Shown piece after piece: positions 34,860 through 45,251 of a stretch of DNA of 64,000 nucleotides; the first letter of the stretch is position 1, and each line of letters starts with the position of its first letter. Origin of the DNA: Bacteroidales bacterium (lineage in GTDB: Bacteria > Bacteroidota > Bacteroidia > Bacteroidales > P3); assembly GCA_017479705.1 (NCBI GenBank), contig JAFVCA010000050.1, positions 3,385 through 67,384 of the forward strand, in the 5' to 3' direction. A program made the translations under genes and the position numbers. The notes beneath the pieces were generated by a model, which had not been told where the DNA came from, made no database searches, and saw only the letters and a program-made list of their open reading frames with translations.

Positions 34860-36197
34860 ATGAAAAATAGACACACACTCATCCTCGCCTTGGCCCTCAT
34901 AGCCGCGGCAAGCCCTGTGAGCCTCCGGGCACAGAACGGGTTCAACATCCCCTTCTCCCAATACGGCATCGGCCTCACCGACCAGCCCTACAACATGCCC
35001 ACAGCCTTCGGCATGGGAGGCGCCGTCTACAGCCGCTCCGCGCGCAACACCATCAACCCCTTCAACCCCGCCTCCTACGCCGCCATCGAACCCGAAAGCT
35101 TCGTCTTCGACATCGGCATCAACATCCAGAGCTGCGTGCTCCGCAACGACGTCAACCACCTTACCGACGCCGACGGCAACCTGGCCTACCTTGCCATCGC
35201 CTTCCCCATCACTCGCTGGTGGAAAACATCGGCCGGACTGCTCCCCTACAGCAGCGTCAACTACGAGTCCGTCCAGACCCGCCTTGGCACCTCGTTGGGC
35301 GACGTCCAGACCATCTATGCCGGCAATGGCGGTGTGTCGCAAATCTACTGGGGCAACGGCTTCAACATAGGCTCACGCCTCTCCTTAGGTTTCAATGTCA
35401 ACTTCCTCTACGGCAACATCACACGTGCCATCACATACAAATTCCTTGGCAACGACACCACCTACGCTGTCAACTCCCGCCGCCAGAAGAACACCCTTGT
35501 CCGCAACCTCCTCTTCGACCTTGGCATCCAGTACCGCCAGCCTCTTGGCAGCCGCTACACCCTCCGCCTCGGAGCCACCCTCCGTCTGCCCCGCACCATG
35601 AACGTCAGCGACCAGGCCCTCTCCTACACCCTGTATGGCAGCACCACCAGCGAGTATCTCCTCGACACCATCTTCCCCGCCCGCGGACAGAGCGACACCT
35701 ACACCTCCACCCTCCGCCAGCCCATAGCCGTAGGCCTCGGCCTCGCATTGGAACGCAACGAGCGGTGGGAAATAGACCTTGACGGCTACTACTCGCCCCT
35801 CAGCGGACTGGAATATAGTGAAGACCCCCAATACAACCTCTTTGGCGTCTCAGCTTTGCAAAACGCCCCCAACTACCGTATCGCCCTCGGCGGCGAATGG
35901 AAAGGCAACCCCTCCTCCACCTCCTACTGGGGCCGCATAGGCATCACAGCAGGACTCTATCACAACCGCTCCAAGCTCAACCTCCAGATTAATGGCACCG
36001 CTGATGCCACAGCCATCAACGAGACCGGCTGCGGTCTGGCCTTCAAGCTGCCCATGCGCAAAGGACGCTCGCTCCTCACCCTTGGCATCGGCTACTCCTC
36101 CATCGGCACTGCCGACCTCCTGCGCCGCGATGTCCTCACCTTTGGCATCTCCATCGGCTCCTGCGAGCGCTGGTTCGTCAAGCGCAAATACGATTAA
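34860..36197 (+). CDS. Outer-membrane beta-barrel protein, unknown function
   Basis: 445 aa. Signal peptide (LALALIAAASPVSLRAQ). Alternating beta-strand pattern rich in Gly/Tyr/Asn. Confidence 0.55.
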   Translation: MKNRHTLILALALIAAASPVSLRAQNGFNIPFSQYGIGLTDQPYNMPTAFGMGGAVYSRSARNTINPFNPASYAAIEPESFVFDIGINIQSCVLRNDVNHLTDADGNLAYLAIAFPITRWWKTSAGLLPYSSVNYESVQTRLGTSLGDVQTIYAGNGGVSQIYWGNGFNIGSRLSLGFNVNFLYGNITRAITYKFLGNDTTYAVNSRRQKNTLVRNLLFDLGIQYRQPLGSRYTLRLGATLRLPRTMNVSDQALSYTLYGSTTSEYLLDTIFPARGQSDTYTSTLRQPIAVGLGLALERNERWEIDLDGYYSPLSGLEYSEDPQYNLFGVSALQNAPNYRIALGGEWKGNPSSTSYWGRIGITAGLYHNRSKLNLQINGTADATAINETGCGLAFKLPMRKGRSLLTLGIGYSSIGTADLLRRDVLTFGISIGSCERWFVKRKYD

Positions 36198-36246
36198 GTC
36201 TGCAATAAAACAAGAAAAAACAATACTAATTCACAAAACACCGATT

Positions 36247-36329
36247 AAATTGAAACACGACTCACACATTAACACAATCAAGCATTAACACATTCAAACA
36301 TTCACGAATTAACACATTCAAATAACATT
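36247..36329 (+). repeat. Heptamer remnant + octamer array (intercistronic cassette)
   Basis: aaattgaaacacgactcacacattaacacaatcaagcattaacacattcaaacattcacgaattaacacattcaaataacatt. Confidence 0.85.
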
Positions 36330-36337
36330 TATAAGAG

Positions 36338-37669
36338 ATGAAAACACTGAAAAATGTCCTTATCGTGGCAGCAGCCCTCAGCATCAGCCTGGCCGCTGGC
36401 GCACAGAGCAAATGGGGCGAAACGCCCGAAGACAGCGTTGCCTGCATCAGCAATGTATCCCTCTATCAGGAATTCTACAAGCAGAAAAGCTACACGGACT
36501 GCTACGAGCCGTGGCGCCAAATCCTTCTCCACTGCCCCCGTTTCAGCAAAACCGTCTACCAGCGCGGCTCCACCATCATCAAATCCATGATCAATGTTGC
36601 ACAGACCGCCGCAGAGCGTGATGCCTACATCGACGAACTCATGAAGATGTATGACCAGCGCATCCAGTACTTCGGCGAAGAGGCCAAAGTCAAAGCCATG
36701 AAGGCACAGGACCTCAGTTCGCTCCGCCCCAAGGATGTCAAAGCCATCTATGAGAACTATGCCGACGCCATCCGTGTGGGAGCCCACGAGCTTGACGAGA
36801 ACTACGTCACCCTCTTCTTCAAAGCCACTGTGGACTACGTCCAGGCGGGCCTTGCCGACCCCACGCTCGTTGTCGACAACTACGACATCGCTTCCGACCT
36901 CCTCGACTCGCTCCTCACCCTCAATGTTGAGGCCGACGACAGCGTCAACGCTGCCAAAATCCGCACCTACATCGCCAGCGTCGAGTCCGTCTTCTCGCCA
37001 TACGCCTCCTGCGAGCAGCTGAACGAGATCTATCAGAAGAAATTCGAGGCTGACCCCAACAATATCGCCCTCCTCAAAAAAATCACAGGCATCATGATCA
37101 AGAAGGGCTGCACCGAGGACAACAAACTCTTCTTCGACGCCACCGAGAAGCTCTACGAGCTTGAACCCTCGCCCAGCACCGCCATGCGCATGGGCCAGAT
37201 GTGCTGGAGCAAAAAGCAGTACGGCAAAGCTGTCGAGTATGTGCAGGATGCCCTCAAGAGCCTTACTGACAAGAAAGACCGCTACCGCGCCTACATCATC
37301 CTCGGCCTCTCCTACTCCGGCCAAGGCAGCTACGGCGCAGCCCGCACCGCCTTCCTCAACGCCGCCGAGACCGACCGCACCAAGGGCGAGCCCTACCTGC
37401 AGCTCTCACAGGCCTACGCCAAGAGCAGCCGCACCATCGACGACGGCATGGGTGGACGCTCCGCCTACTGGGTGGCTGTTGACGAGGCTCGTCACGCCAA
37501 GCAAGTTGAACCCACCGAGGAAATCATCAATTTCGCCGACAAACTCATAGGCACCTACTCCGCCTACTTCCCCAAGAAGAACGACGCCTTTATGCTTGAC
37601 CTTATCGACGGCCACAGCTACACCGTCCCCGGATGGATTGGACGCTCCACCATTGTGAGAACCCGCTAA
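36338..37669 (+). CDS. Tetratricopeptide-repeat protein (secreted)
   Basis: 443 aa. Signal peptide, then helical repeat composition (YRAYIILGLSYSGQGSYGAARTAFLNA). Confidence 0.65.
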   Translation: MKTLKNVLIVAAALSISLAAGAQSKWGETPEDSVACISNVSLYQEFYKQKSYTDCYEPWRQILLHCPRFSKTVYQRGSTIIKSMINVAQTAAERDAYIDELMKMYDQRIQYFGEEAKVKAMKAQDLSSLRPKDVKAIYENYADAIRVGAHELDENYVTLFFKATVDYVQAGLADPTLVVDNYDIASDLLDSLLTLNVEADDSVNAAKIRTYIASVESVFSPYASCEQLNEIYQKKFEADPNNIALLKKITGIMIKKGCTEDNKLFFDATEKLYELEPSPSTAMRMGQMCWSKKQYGKAVEYVQDALKSLTDKKDRYRAYIILGLSYSGQGSYGAARTAFLNAAETDRTKGEPYLQLSQAYAKSSRTIDDGMGGRSAYWVAVDEARHAKQVEPTEEIINFADKLIGTYSAYFPKKNDAFMLDLIDGHSYTVPGWIGRSTIVRTR

Positions 37670-37681
37670 CCCCCCTCCGGG

Positions 37682-38254
37682 ATGTATAGAGCAAAACCTT
37701 CTCAGATCATCCTCAAGGCAAGAAGCAGGGCAGCAACCCTGCTTCTTGCCTGTCTCCTGTTGTCCTGTGGAAATGATATTGAGAAGACCCGTATCTTTGA
37801 ACCCCACAACCTGCCCGCCAGCACCATCGTCAACGCCCACATACGCCGCAGCGAGAACGGCAGTCTGCAACTGCTCATGGAAGCCCCCATCGTGCGCCAA
37901 TATGGCGACCCTGAATCCAAGACCGTCTATCCCAAAGGGGTGCGGATGCGCTTCTACGATGGCGAAGACCGCCCTACGGGCATCCTCACCGCCAACTATG
38001 CTGTGCAGTATGACAAACGCCAGATTGTCATGGTACGCGACAGCGTGGTCATCATCGACCTCCAAAACGGCGATACCGTCTATCTCAAAGACCTCATTTG
38101 GCGACAGGCGGAGCACCGCATCTTTAGCAATAATCCGTTGCGGTCCAAGAATGGACCCCGCATCACCCTTGGCGACCGCTTTGAGAGCGACGACGCTTTT
38201 AAGCAGCCCCACATCATTCACCAAAGAGGCACACTGGAATGGAAGGAGGAATGA
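37682..38254 (+). CDS. lptC: LPS export periplasmic protein LptC-like
   Basis: 190 aa. N-terminal anchor/lipobox (LLSCGND). The beta-jellyroll-like repeat pattern and the gene size fit Bacteroidetes LptC. Confidence 0.55.
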   Translation: MYRAKPSQIILKARSRAATLLLACLLLSCGNDIEKTRIFEPHNLPASTIVNAHIRRSENGSLQLLMEAPIVRQYGDPESKTVYPKGVRMRFYDGEDRPTGILTANYAVQYDKRQIVMVRDSVVIIDLQNGDTVYLKDLIWRQAEHRIFSNNPLRSKNGPRITLGDRFESDDAFKQPHIIHQRGTLEWKEE

Positions 38255-38922
38255 CGCGCCGACGCGGCTACCTATGGCTGAGCATAGTGCTGCTGGCCGC
38301 CACGGCAGGGCTTTTAGCCCTGCAGCCCGGAGAGCGGGAAATACCCGCCGACAATAAAGCCGTCAGCCAGTCACGCCAACAAGCGAGCATTCCACCTCCT
38401 TCAGATGCTTTGACAGGCATCCAGTACTCGTCATCACAATCACATTTCGCACGGCACAGTGGTTATGCCAACGCTTCGGGCCAGTATCCCATCAGGAAGA
38501 AAAGTCCGCTTGTGTTCGAGCTGAATGAGGCCGACAGCATGGACCTTGTCCAGCTCTACAACATCGGGCCAACGATGGCTCGTCGCATACTGCGCTACCG
38601 TGCCATGCTGGGAGGCTATTGCAGGTTGGAACAGCTCAAAGAGGTGTACGGGATGGACTCGGCTCGTTATGCCGACATCACACCCCACCTTACCGTCAAT
38701 CCCTCCCTTGTGGTCCAGTTGGACATCAACACTGCAAGCGTTGACCAGCTGAAGCGCCACCCCTATCTTGATTATTACCAGGCTAAGGCCATAGTCCGTC
38801 AGCGCGACGTGTCCGGGTTCTACACCGGGGTGGCCGACCTGTTGAATATACCCATCATTGATAACGAAACCTATAATCTCATAGAACCTTACTTGATATG
38901 CAATTTACAGCCAAACAAATAG
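38239..38922 (+). CDS. ComEA-like helix-hairpin-helix DNA-binding protein
   Basis: 227 aa. N-terminal TM. Two HhH units ([27 protein letters not shown] and [27 protein letters not shown]). Confidence 0.75.
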   Translation: MEGGMTRRRGYLWLSIVLLAATAGLLALQPGEREIPADNKAVSQSRQQASIPPPSDALTGIQYSSSQSHFARHSGYANASGQYPIRKKSPLVFELNEADSMDLVQLYNIGPTMARRILRYRAMLGGYCRLEQLKEVYGMDSARYADITPHLTVNPSLVVQLDINTASVDQLKRHPYLDYYQAKAIVRQRDVSGFYTGVADLLNIPIIDNETYNLIEPYLICNLQPNK

Positions 38923-39914
38923 CCCAGAAACTGAAGGGCACGGTGGAGGGCGACGAGAATGCCCTGATATGGAAGCCTTGCCGTATTGAGGAGGTGGACG
39001 AGGGCGGCATCACCTTCCTTGCCAACCCCAAGTATACACACTTTATCTATGAACGCAAGGCCGCAGCAATCCTCATCAGCCGCGACTTTGTGCTGGAGCA
39101 TCCGGTGGACGCCACTTTGATTCGTGTGGATAACCCTTACCTCTGTGTGGCCAAGGTGCTGCACATGTTCAATTCTGCCGACCGTCCCAAGCGTGGCCGC
39201 AGCATGCGCAGCAGCATCGACCGCACGGCACGGCTGGGCAAGGGCTGCTATGTGGGGGCCTTCGCAGTGATAGGCCGCAATGTACGCATTGGCAACAATG
39301 TGCAGATTTATCCGCAGGTGTATATCGGCGACCATTGCCAGATTGGCGACAACACTATCCTGTATCCGGGTGTGAAGATTTACCGCGAGTGCCAGGTGGG
39401 GCAGAACTGCATCCTGCACGCGGGTGTGGTGGTGGGAGCCGACGGCTTCGGTTTCGCCCCCAAGGGGGACGGCTCGTACAGCAAGATTGACCAGATAGGC
39501 AATGTGGTGATTGAGGACGATGTGGAGATTGGGGCCAACACGTGTGTGGACCGCGCGACGATGGGTTCCACCATCATCCACCGCGGAGCCAAGATTGACA
39601 ATCTCTGCCAGATAGCCCACAATGTCTCCTTTGGCAGCAACACGGTGATGGCCTCGCAGTCCGGCTGCGCGGGCAGCGGCAAGGTGGGCAACAACTGCGT
39701 CATTGCCGGCCAGGTGGGCATTGTGGGACATATCAAGGTGGGCGACCGGGTGACGATTGCCGCGCAGTCCGGCGTGACGCGCAATGTGGGCGACGACTCC
39801 ACGGTGCTCGGCTCCCCCGCTATGCCAGCCGACAGGCAGAAGAAAATCTTTGTGCTGCAACGCAAGCTGGAGGAGATGTATAATGACATTCAGAAATTGA
39901 AAAGTGAAAAGTGA
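38898..39914 (+). CDS. lpxD: UDP-3-O-acylglucosamine N-acyltransferase
   Basis: 338 aa. Hexapeptide left-handed beta-helix repeats. N-terminal LpxD domain ([12 protein letters not shown]). The last codons KLKSEK and the stop lie in a heptamer array. Confidence 0.9.
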   Translation: MQFTAKQIAQKLKGTVEGDENALIWKPCRIEEVDEGGITFLANPKYTHFIYERKAAAILISRDFVLEHPVDATLIRVDNPYLCVAKVLHMFNSADRPKRGRSMRSSIDRTARLGKGCYVGAFAVIGRNVRIGNNVQIYPQVYIGDHCQIGDNTILYPGVKIYRECQVGQNCILHAGVVVGADGFGFAPKGDGSYSKIDQIGNVVIEDDVEIGANTCVDRATMGSTIIHRGAKIDNLCQIAHNVSFGSNTVMASQSGCAGSGKVGNNCVIAGQVGIVGHIKVGDRVTIAAQSGVTRNVGDDSTVLGSPAMPADRQKKIFVLQRKLEEMYNDIQKLKSEK

Positions 39915-39989
39915 AAGCGGCGCACCGCCGCTGGTAATAAAACTCACACATTAACACATTCAAACATTCCCACATTCACAAACACATTC
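39893..39989 (+). repeat. Composite cassette: heptamer array + reversed GC box + octamer array
   Basis: gaaattgaaaagtgaaaagtgaaa / gcggcgcaccgccgctggtaataa / ctcacacattaacacattcaaacattcccacattcacaaacacattc. It ends at the ATG at 39990. Confidence 0.9.
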
Positions 39990-41420
39990 ATGAAGTCTTG
40001 GAAGGTCTTATTGTTTATGGCTGCTGTGATAGCGTTGCTTGCGGGAGTGTGCTATGTATTCCCGCAGGGGCGTGCCAACATCGGCTCCTTGAATCTCAGG
40101 TTTCCCACACTTGCCAAGGTGCTTAATCCACAGCATGAGTTGGATGTGGAGGCGTATCTGAGGGAGCAGGATTCGTTGGCTTCGTTGCTCGATTCGTTGC
40201 AGGATTCGATGGATTGCTATCAACGGCAGTTGGACAGTAGCGATATTCGTTTCTGGTTCCCGAATGATGATGATTCTTTCTTCGACTCTCTTTTTGCCCA
40301 GTTGGAGCGGACGGCCGCAACGGGTCGCACGATACGCATTGTCCACTATGGCGACTCGCAGATTGAGATGGACCGCATGTCCGATCGGCTGCGGTCGCGC
40401 ATGCAGGAGCGTTTCGGCGGCGGGGGTCCGGGGCTGGTGCCGTTCGCCACGCTTATTGCCTCCTATTCGGTCAGCACCCACGGTGTGGGGGCTTTGGTGC
40501 GGCAGTCGCCGTTCGGTGACAGCTTGGTGGTGCGTGCGGAGGGCAATTACGGCCCCATGGTGCAGGATTTCCATGTGTCAGGGGCGGCGACAAGCACTAT
40601 CAGGGCCACGGCACACAGGAACCGCGACGGCCGTCTGCGGCAGTTGCGGCGGGTGAGGCTGCTGTTCTGCAACCGTCCGGGCCCGTTGGAGGCCACGCTG
40701 ACGGCGGGCTCCTACGCGCAGCAGCAGCGGGAGGAGGCGGAGGGGGTGCACCTGTTCGACTGGCGGTTAGACTCGGCGGCTGCGGAGGTGCGCATTGCCG
40801 TGCAGGGGGCGGCGGACCTCTACGGCGTGATGGTGGACGGCGGTCCCGGCGTGGCGGTGGACAATGTCCCTATGCGGGGCTGTTCGGGTCACCAGTTCAC
40901 CCAAATCAACCGCGACCAGTTGGCCAAGGCTTACAGCCTGATGGATGTGGGGCTGATTATCATGCAGTTTGGCGGCAATTCGGTGCCGTACCTGTCCGGC
41001 GACCGCGCTATTGATGGTTATTGCCGGAGCATGGGGGCGCAGATTGACCGTCTGCACCAGTGCTGCCCCAATGCCCGGATTCTCTTTATCGGCCCGTCGG
41101 ACATGAGCAAGCGCACGGAGGAGGGGGACTTGCGTTCCTACCCCTGGATTCCGAAGGTGGTGGAGGGGCTGCGCAGGGAGGTGTGTGCCCACGGGGCTGC
41201 CTACTGGAGCATCTACCACGCTATGGGGGGTGCCAACGCTATGTCCGCCTGGGTGGAGCAGGGTTTGGGCAGCGGCGATTACGTTCATTTTTCACAGCGG
41301 GGCGCCGACGTGATGGGCGACCGCTTAGCTAATGCTTTCGACAATATGTACAGACTTTACAGGATGCGGCAGCAGACGGCCGCCAAGACAACGGGATTGG
41401 AGGTGGCGGATGCGGAATAG
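39990..41420 (+). CDS. SGNH/GDSL-like hydrolase or acyltransferase (AlgX/PatB-like role possible)
   Basis: 476 aa. N-terminal TM. Block I VHYGDSQIE, block III QFGGNS, block V GDYVHFS. Confidence 0.6.
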   Translation: MKSWKVLLFMAAVIALLAGVCYVFPQGRANIGSLNLRFPTLAKVLNPQHELDVEAYLREQDSLASLLDSLQDSMDCYQRQLDSSDIRFWFPNDDDSFFDSLFAQLERTAATGRTIRIVHYGDSQIEMDRMSDRLRSRMQERFGGGGPGLVPFATLIASYSVSTHGVGALVRQSPFGDSLVVRAEGNYGPMVQDFHVSGAATSTIRATAHRNRDGRLRQLRRVRLLFCNRPGPLEATLTAGSYAQQQREEAEGVHLFDWRLDSAAAEVRIAVQGAADLYGVMVDGGPGVAVDNVPMRGCSGHQFTQINRDQLAKAYSLMDVGLIIMQFGGNSVPYLSGDRAIDGYCRSMGAQIDRLHQCCPNARILFIGPSDMSKRTEEGDLRSYPWIPKVVEGLRREVCAHGAAYWSIYHAMGGANAMSAWVEQGLGSGDYVHFSQRGADVMGDRLANAFDNMYRLYRMRQQTAAKTTGLEVADAE

Positions 41421-42654
41421 GATAATGGCCTTTTTGCTGCTGTCGGCAGCCGTGGGGACAGTCAGCTGCCACGGCCAGAACATTAATTCGCCCGACACGA
41501 AGGGGTACCCTTTTGTGCGCTACGAGAGCAACGAGCTGCGCTACGACAGCACGTCCGCTGCCATGCGCTACCTGCTGAACAAGATGCGGCGGGTGGCCAC
41601 GACGGGGCAGGGGACGGTGAACATTGTGCACATAGGGGGCTCGCATGTGCAGGCCGGCGTGTTCCCCAACCAGGTGCGCGTCCGCATGATGCAGCGGTGG
41701 CCTCAGGCCGTGGGTGGCCGCGGGATGGTTTTCCCCTATTCGGCGGCGGCTAAGTGCAACAATCCCGACGACTACAGGGTGCACTGCAAGGAGAAGGTCG
41801 TCCTGACGCGCAATGTGTACAAGGAGCCCGAATATCCATTGGGACTCTGCGGCATCTCCGTCACGGCCAAGGATGTCCCCACCCGCATACAGATGCTCCT
41901 TACCGACAAGAGCGTCGACTACCGCGTGCAGCACATCGTGGTGCTGGGCTATTCGCCCCAAGGGGTGCTGCCCACACTGGGTTTTGACGGGAACGAGATG
42001 GAGCCCTCATACGTCGACACGGCTACCCACCGCTATGTGTTCAACCTGCTGCAGCCCGTCGACTCTTTCGACATTGTGCTGCCCTGTTCCGAGGGGCAGA
42101 CTTTCACCCTGACGGGTGTCTGTTTAGGCAACCGCCGACCGGGGTTCTCGTATCATTCCATCGGTGTGAACGGTGCTGCGGTGCCGGACTACCTGAAGTG
42201 CAACCTCACCTCCGACCTCCGGCTGCTGCGGCCCGACCTGGTCATCTTCGGCATAGGCATTAACGATGCCCACGAGAAGACTTTCGACACCGTGGTCTTC
42301 AAGAATAATTACCTTGCCCTCTGCGACTCTATCCGCAAGGTCAACCCCAAGTGCGCCTTCATCTTTGTCACCAACAACGACAGCTATCGCAAGACGGGTC
42401 GCCGCCGCTATGCCGTCAACACCAACGGCCCGTTGGCCCGCGATGTGTTCTATCGTCTGGCGGAGCTGACGGGTGGAGCCGTCTGGGACCAGTTTGAGAT
42501 TATGGGTGGTCTCAAATCCATGGAGAAGTGGCAGAAGGCGGGGCTTGCCCAGAAGGACAAAGTCCACTTTACCCGCGCGGGCTACCGCCTAATGGGCGAC
42601 CTCTTCTTCAATGCACTCTACAAGGAACTTTATAAATTGAAAATCGAAAATTGA
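41410..42654 (+). CDS. SGNH-like protein, second copy with degenerate block I
   Basis: Start taken at MRNRIMAFLLL, overlapping the upstream stop. VHIGGSHVQ, FGIGINDAH, DKVHFTRAGY. The C-terminal KLKIEN and the stop lie in a heptamer array. Confidence 0.55.
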   Translation: MRNRIMAFLLLSAAVGTVSCHGQNINSPDTKGYPFVRYESNELRYDSTSAAMRYLLNKMRRVATTGQGTVNIVHIGGSHVQAGVFPNQVRVRMMQRWPQAVGGRGMVFPYSAAAKCNNPDDYRVHCKEKVVLTRNVYKEPEYPLGLCGISVTAKDVPTRIQMLLTDKSVDYRVQHIVVLGYSPQGVLPTLGFDGNEMEPSYVDTATHRYVFNLLQPVDSFDIVLPCSEGQTFTLTGVCLGNRRPGFSYHSIGVNGAAVPDYLKCNLTSDLRLLRPDLVIFGIGINDAHEKTFDTVVFKNNYLALCDSIRKVNPKCAFIFVTNNDSYRKTGRRRYAVNTNGPLARDVFYRLAELTGGAVWDQFEIMGGLKSMEKWQKAGLAQKDKVHFTRAGYRLMGDLFFNALYKELYKLKIEN

Positions 42655-42697
42655 AACACGACTAACACATTCACACATTCACGAATTAACACATTCA
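42634..42697 (+). repeat. Composite cassette: heptamer array + octamer array
   Basis: aaattgaaaatcgaaaattgaaacacgactaacacattcacacattcacgaattaacacattca. Confidence 0.9.
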
Positions 42698-42712
42698 AAA
42701 TAGACTCCCACA

Positions 42713-44584
42713 GTGTCTGACCTCCTCACATACCTCTCCCGACTCTTTGCCTTCGACATGGAACATCCGCTGCTCTTCACTCAGTTCCATTTCTGGGCTT
42801 TCTTCTTCATTGTCTACACTCTCTTTTGCCTCATCGTGTCGGTGGGGCGTCGGGGCAGGGGCATGAGCCGTGGGCGTCGCTTGTGGCGCAACGGCTATCT
42901 TTTTTTGGTGAGCCTCTTTTTCTATTACAAGACCTCCGGGCGGTTCGTGGTGCTGCTGCTTTTTGCCACTGTGGTGGGCTATTTCCTTGGCCTTAGTTTC
43001 GACCGGTTAGCGCGGCGCGAGGAGCAAACGGGCGGCACTAAGCGTCGGCGCCATGCCTTGATGGTGGCGGGCGTGGTGGTGAACCTCGGCGTGCTCTGCT
43101 ACTTCAAGTATGCCTATTTCTTCACGGACATCTTCAACACCATTGCGTCCACCCATTTCTCCATTGCCAATGCCATCGTCCTGCCCGTGGGCATCAGCTT
43201 TTTCACGTTCCAGAACATCAGCTATATCGTCGATGTCTACAAGGGGAGGGTGCGCCATGCGGACAATATTTTAGATTTCGGCTTCTACACCACCTTTTTC
43301 CCGCAGTTGGTGGCGGGTCCCATTGTGCGGGCGGACCAGTTCATTCCGCAGCTCTACAGGCCTTTCTTTCTCTCCCGCCGCCAGTTTGGAATCGCCGTGT
43401 TTTGGATTCTCAACGGCCTGTGCAAAAAACTTATCCTCAGCGACTGGTTGGCCGTCTCCTTTGTGGACCGAGTCTTCGAGAATCCGTTGCTTTACACCTC
43501 GTTCGAGAATTTTGCTGCCCTGTTGCTCTATTCCCTGCAAGTCTATGCCGACTTCTCCGGCTATACGGACATTGCCATCGGTGTGGCCATGCTGATGGGC
43601 TTCTACCTGCCGCTGAACTTCAACTCGCCCTACAAGGCCACCAACGCCGCGGGCTTCTGGAAGCGGTGGCACATCTCCCTCAGCAACTGGCTGAAGGACT
43701 ATCTCTACATCCCCCTTGGCGGCAACCGCAATGCGACGGCGGCCACATGGGTCATCCCCGCCGTGATGCTGACGGTGGTGCTGCTTATGGCCAAGAGCCT
43801 GTGGCTCACCTTGGCGGCGGCCTTTGTGGTGAGCCTGCTGGTGCTCATCTATGCAGCCTTCCCCGAGGGGCGGCGCGATTTCGCCACCAACATGAACAAC
43901 TTCGACACCATGCTGTTGGGCGGCATGTGGCACGGAGCCTCCTTCAACTTCATCACCTGGGGTGCGCTGAACGGCTTGGGCATACTGGTGTACAAGTGGT
44001 GGAAGAAGCGCAGCCCTGTAGGGCGTATTGTGGCGGCGGCGATGGTCTACTTGGCCGTCAAGTGCGCCTACCACCTCTTCCCCGTGCCGGTGCTGAGCAT
44101 GTTCCATTTCGCCTTCCTTGTGGTGGCGGTGGCCATCGTGCTGCTCAACGTTGTTCCGGCCCTGTGGGGCAGCCGCTACCGCCAGTCTGCTTTCAAGGGT
44201 GGTCTGCTGACGGTGTGGAACACTCTGCTCACCTTTGTCTTCATCAGCTTCACCCGCCTGTTCTTCCGTTCGGGCTCCAACCTGGATCCTGCCGAAGCCA
44301 ACGAGACCGCCTGGCGCACCGCCACGCAGATGGTGGAGCGCATCGGAGGGCAGTGGAACTGGGAACAGGTGCCCGCCATAGTAGAGGCCTATGCACCCGT
44401 GTTTATCGTCTTCCTGTTGGGCATGATAATCCACTGGCTGCCCGACCGCCTCAAACGGCGCTACCGCCTGTGGTTTGCAGCCATGCCGCTGTGGCTGATG
44501 GCCCTTGTGGTGGTGGCCACCGTCTTTGTGGTCTACCAGTTCATCACCGCCGACCTCCAGCCCTTCATATACTTTCAGTTCTGA
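42713..44584 (+). CDS. MBOAT family O-acyltransferase (AlgI/DltB/PatA-like)
   Basis: 623 aa (GTG start in the track; the ATG at 42758 is an alternative). FFTFQNISYIVDVYKG, WKRWHISLSNWLKDYLYIPLGGNR, MWHGASFNF. Confidence 0.9.
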   Translation: MSDLLTYLSRLFAFDMEHPLLFTQFHFWAFFFIVYTLFCLIVSVGRRGRGMSRGRRLWRNGYLFLVSLFFYYKTSGRFVVLLLFATVVGYFLGLSFDRLARREEQTGGTKRRRHALMVAGVVVNLGVLCYFKYAYFFTDIFNTIASTHFSIANAIVLPVGISFFTFQNISYIVDVYKGRVRHADNILDFGFYTTFFPQLVAGPIVRADQFIPQLYRPFFLSRRQFGIAVFWILNGLCKKLILSDWLAVSFVDRVFENPLLYTSFENFAALLLYSLQVYADFSGYTDIAIGVAMLMGFYLPLNFNSPYKATNAAGFWKRWHISLSNWLKDYLYIPLGGNRNATAATWVIPAVMLTVVLLMAKSLWLTLAAAFVVSLLVLIYAAFPEGRRDFATNMNNFDTMLLGGMWHGASFNFITWGALNGLGILVYKWWKKRSPVGRIVAAAMVYLAVKCAYHLFPVPVLSMFHFAFLVVAVAIVLLNVVPALWGSRYRQSAFKGGLLTVWNTLLTFVFISFTRLFFRSGSNLDPAEANETAWRTATQMVERIGGQWNWEQVPAIVEAYAPVFIVFLLGMIIHWLPDRLKRRYRLWFAAMPLWLMALVVVATVFVVYQFITADLQPFIYFQF

Positions 44585-44687
44585 GAAAATTAAAAATAAA
44601 AACTGACTAACACATTAACACATTCACGAATTAACACATTCACGAATTGACTAACACATTAACACATTCACGAATTAACACATTCAC
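44585..44687 (+). repeat. Longest octamer array in the window, preceded by an A-rich heptamer-like stretch
   Basis: gaaaattaaaaataaaaactgactaacacattaacacattcacgaattaacacattcacgaattgactaacacattaacacattcacgaattaacacattcac. Confidence 0.9.
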
Positions 44688-45196
44688 CCTCCTCCTCTCC
44701 CTTCTTTGGAATGTGTTGCTGGTCTATCTGCTCTACATGCTGTGCCGGGTGGTATACGTGTGGGAGTTTTGGGACCTCTATGCCGACGGGTGGAGCAACC
44801 TCTCCCTCGGCAACCTCATTGCGGGCGGGCTGCGCTTCGACACCTCCGCCATCCTCTACACCAACACCCTCTACATCCTGCTTGTGCTGCTTCCCCTTCC
44901 GCGCCGTCTCACCGCCTCGCGCCCCTGGCGCATGGCTCTGAAGACACTCTTTGTGGTGGTCAATGCTCTGATGCTCATCCTCAACCTGGTGGACACCGTC
45001 TACTCCCGCTACACCGGGCGGCGCACCACCTGGACCTTCTTCTCCGAGTTCAGCAATGAGGGCAACCTCGGTGACATTGTGGGTGTGGAGCTGCTGAACC
45101 ACTGGTACCTCGTCCTCATCGGGCTTGCCTTCATCGCAGCCCTCATCCTCCTCTACCGCCACCCCCTCACCCCAAGACCGGAATCGGAATCACGCT

Positions 45197-45251
45197 GCGC
45201 CCGTAATCACTACCGGCGGTGCACCCTATTTCAATTTTCAATTTTCAATTT
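45197..45251 (+). repeat. GC box + heptamer array at the LTA-synthase frame break
   Basis: gcgcccgtaatcactaccggcggtgcaccctatttcaattttcaattttcaattt. Compare 31142-31208. Confidence 0.85.

Noticed and set aside
44585-44687. Tandem short repeats (here and at 31091-31208, 36247-36329, 39893-39989 and 51531-51602) considered as possible CRISPR arrays.
   Set aside because: The period is only 7-8 nt with no unique spacers, there are no cas genes in the window, and the arrays are 30-100 nt long. They are micro/minisatellite-like interspersed repeats, not CRISPR.
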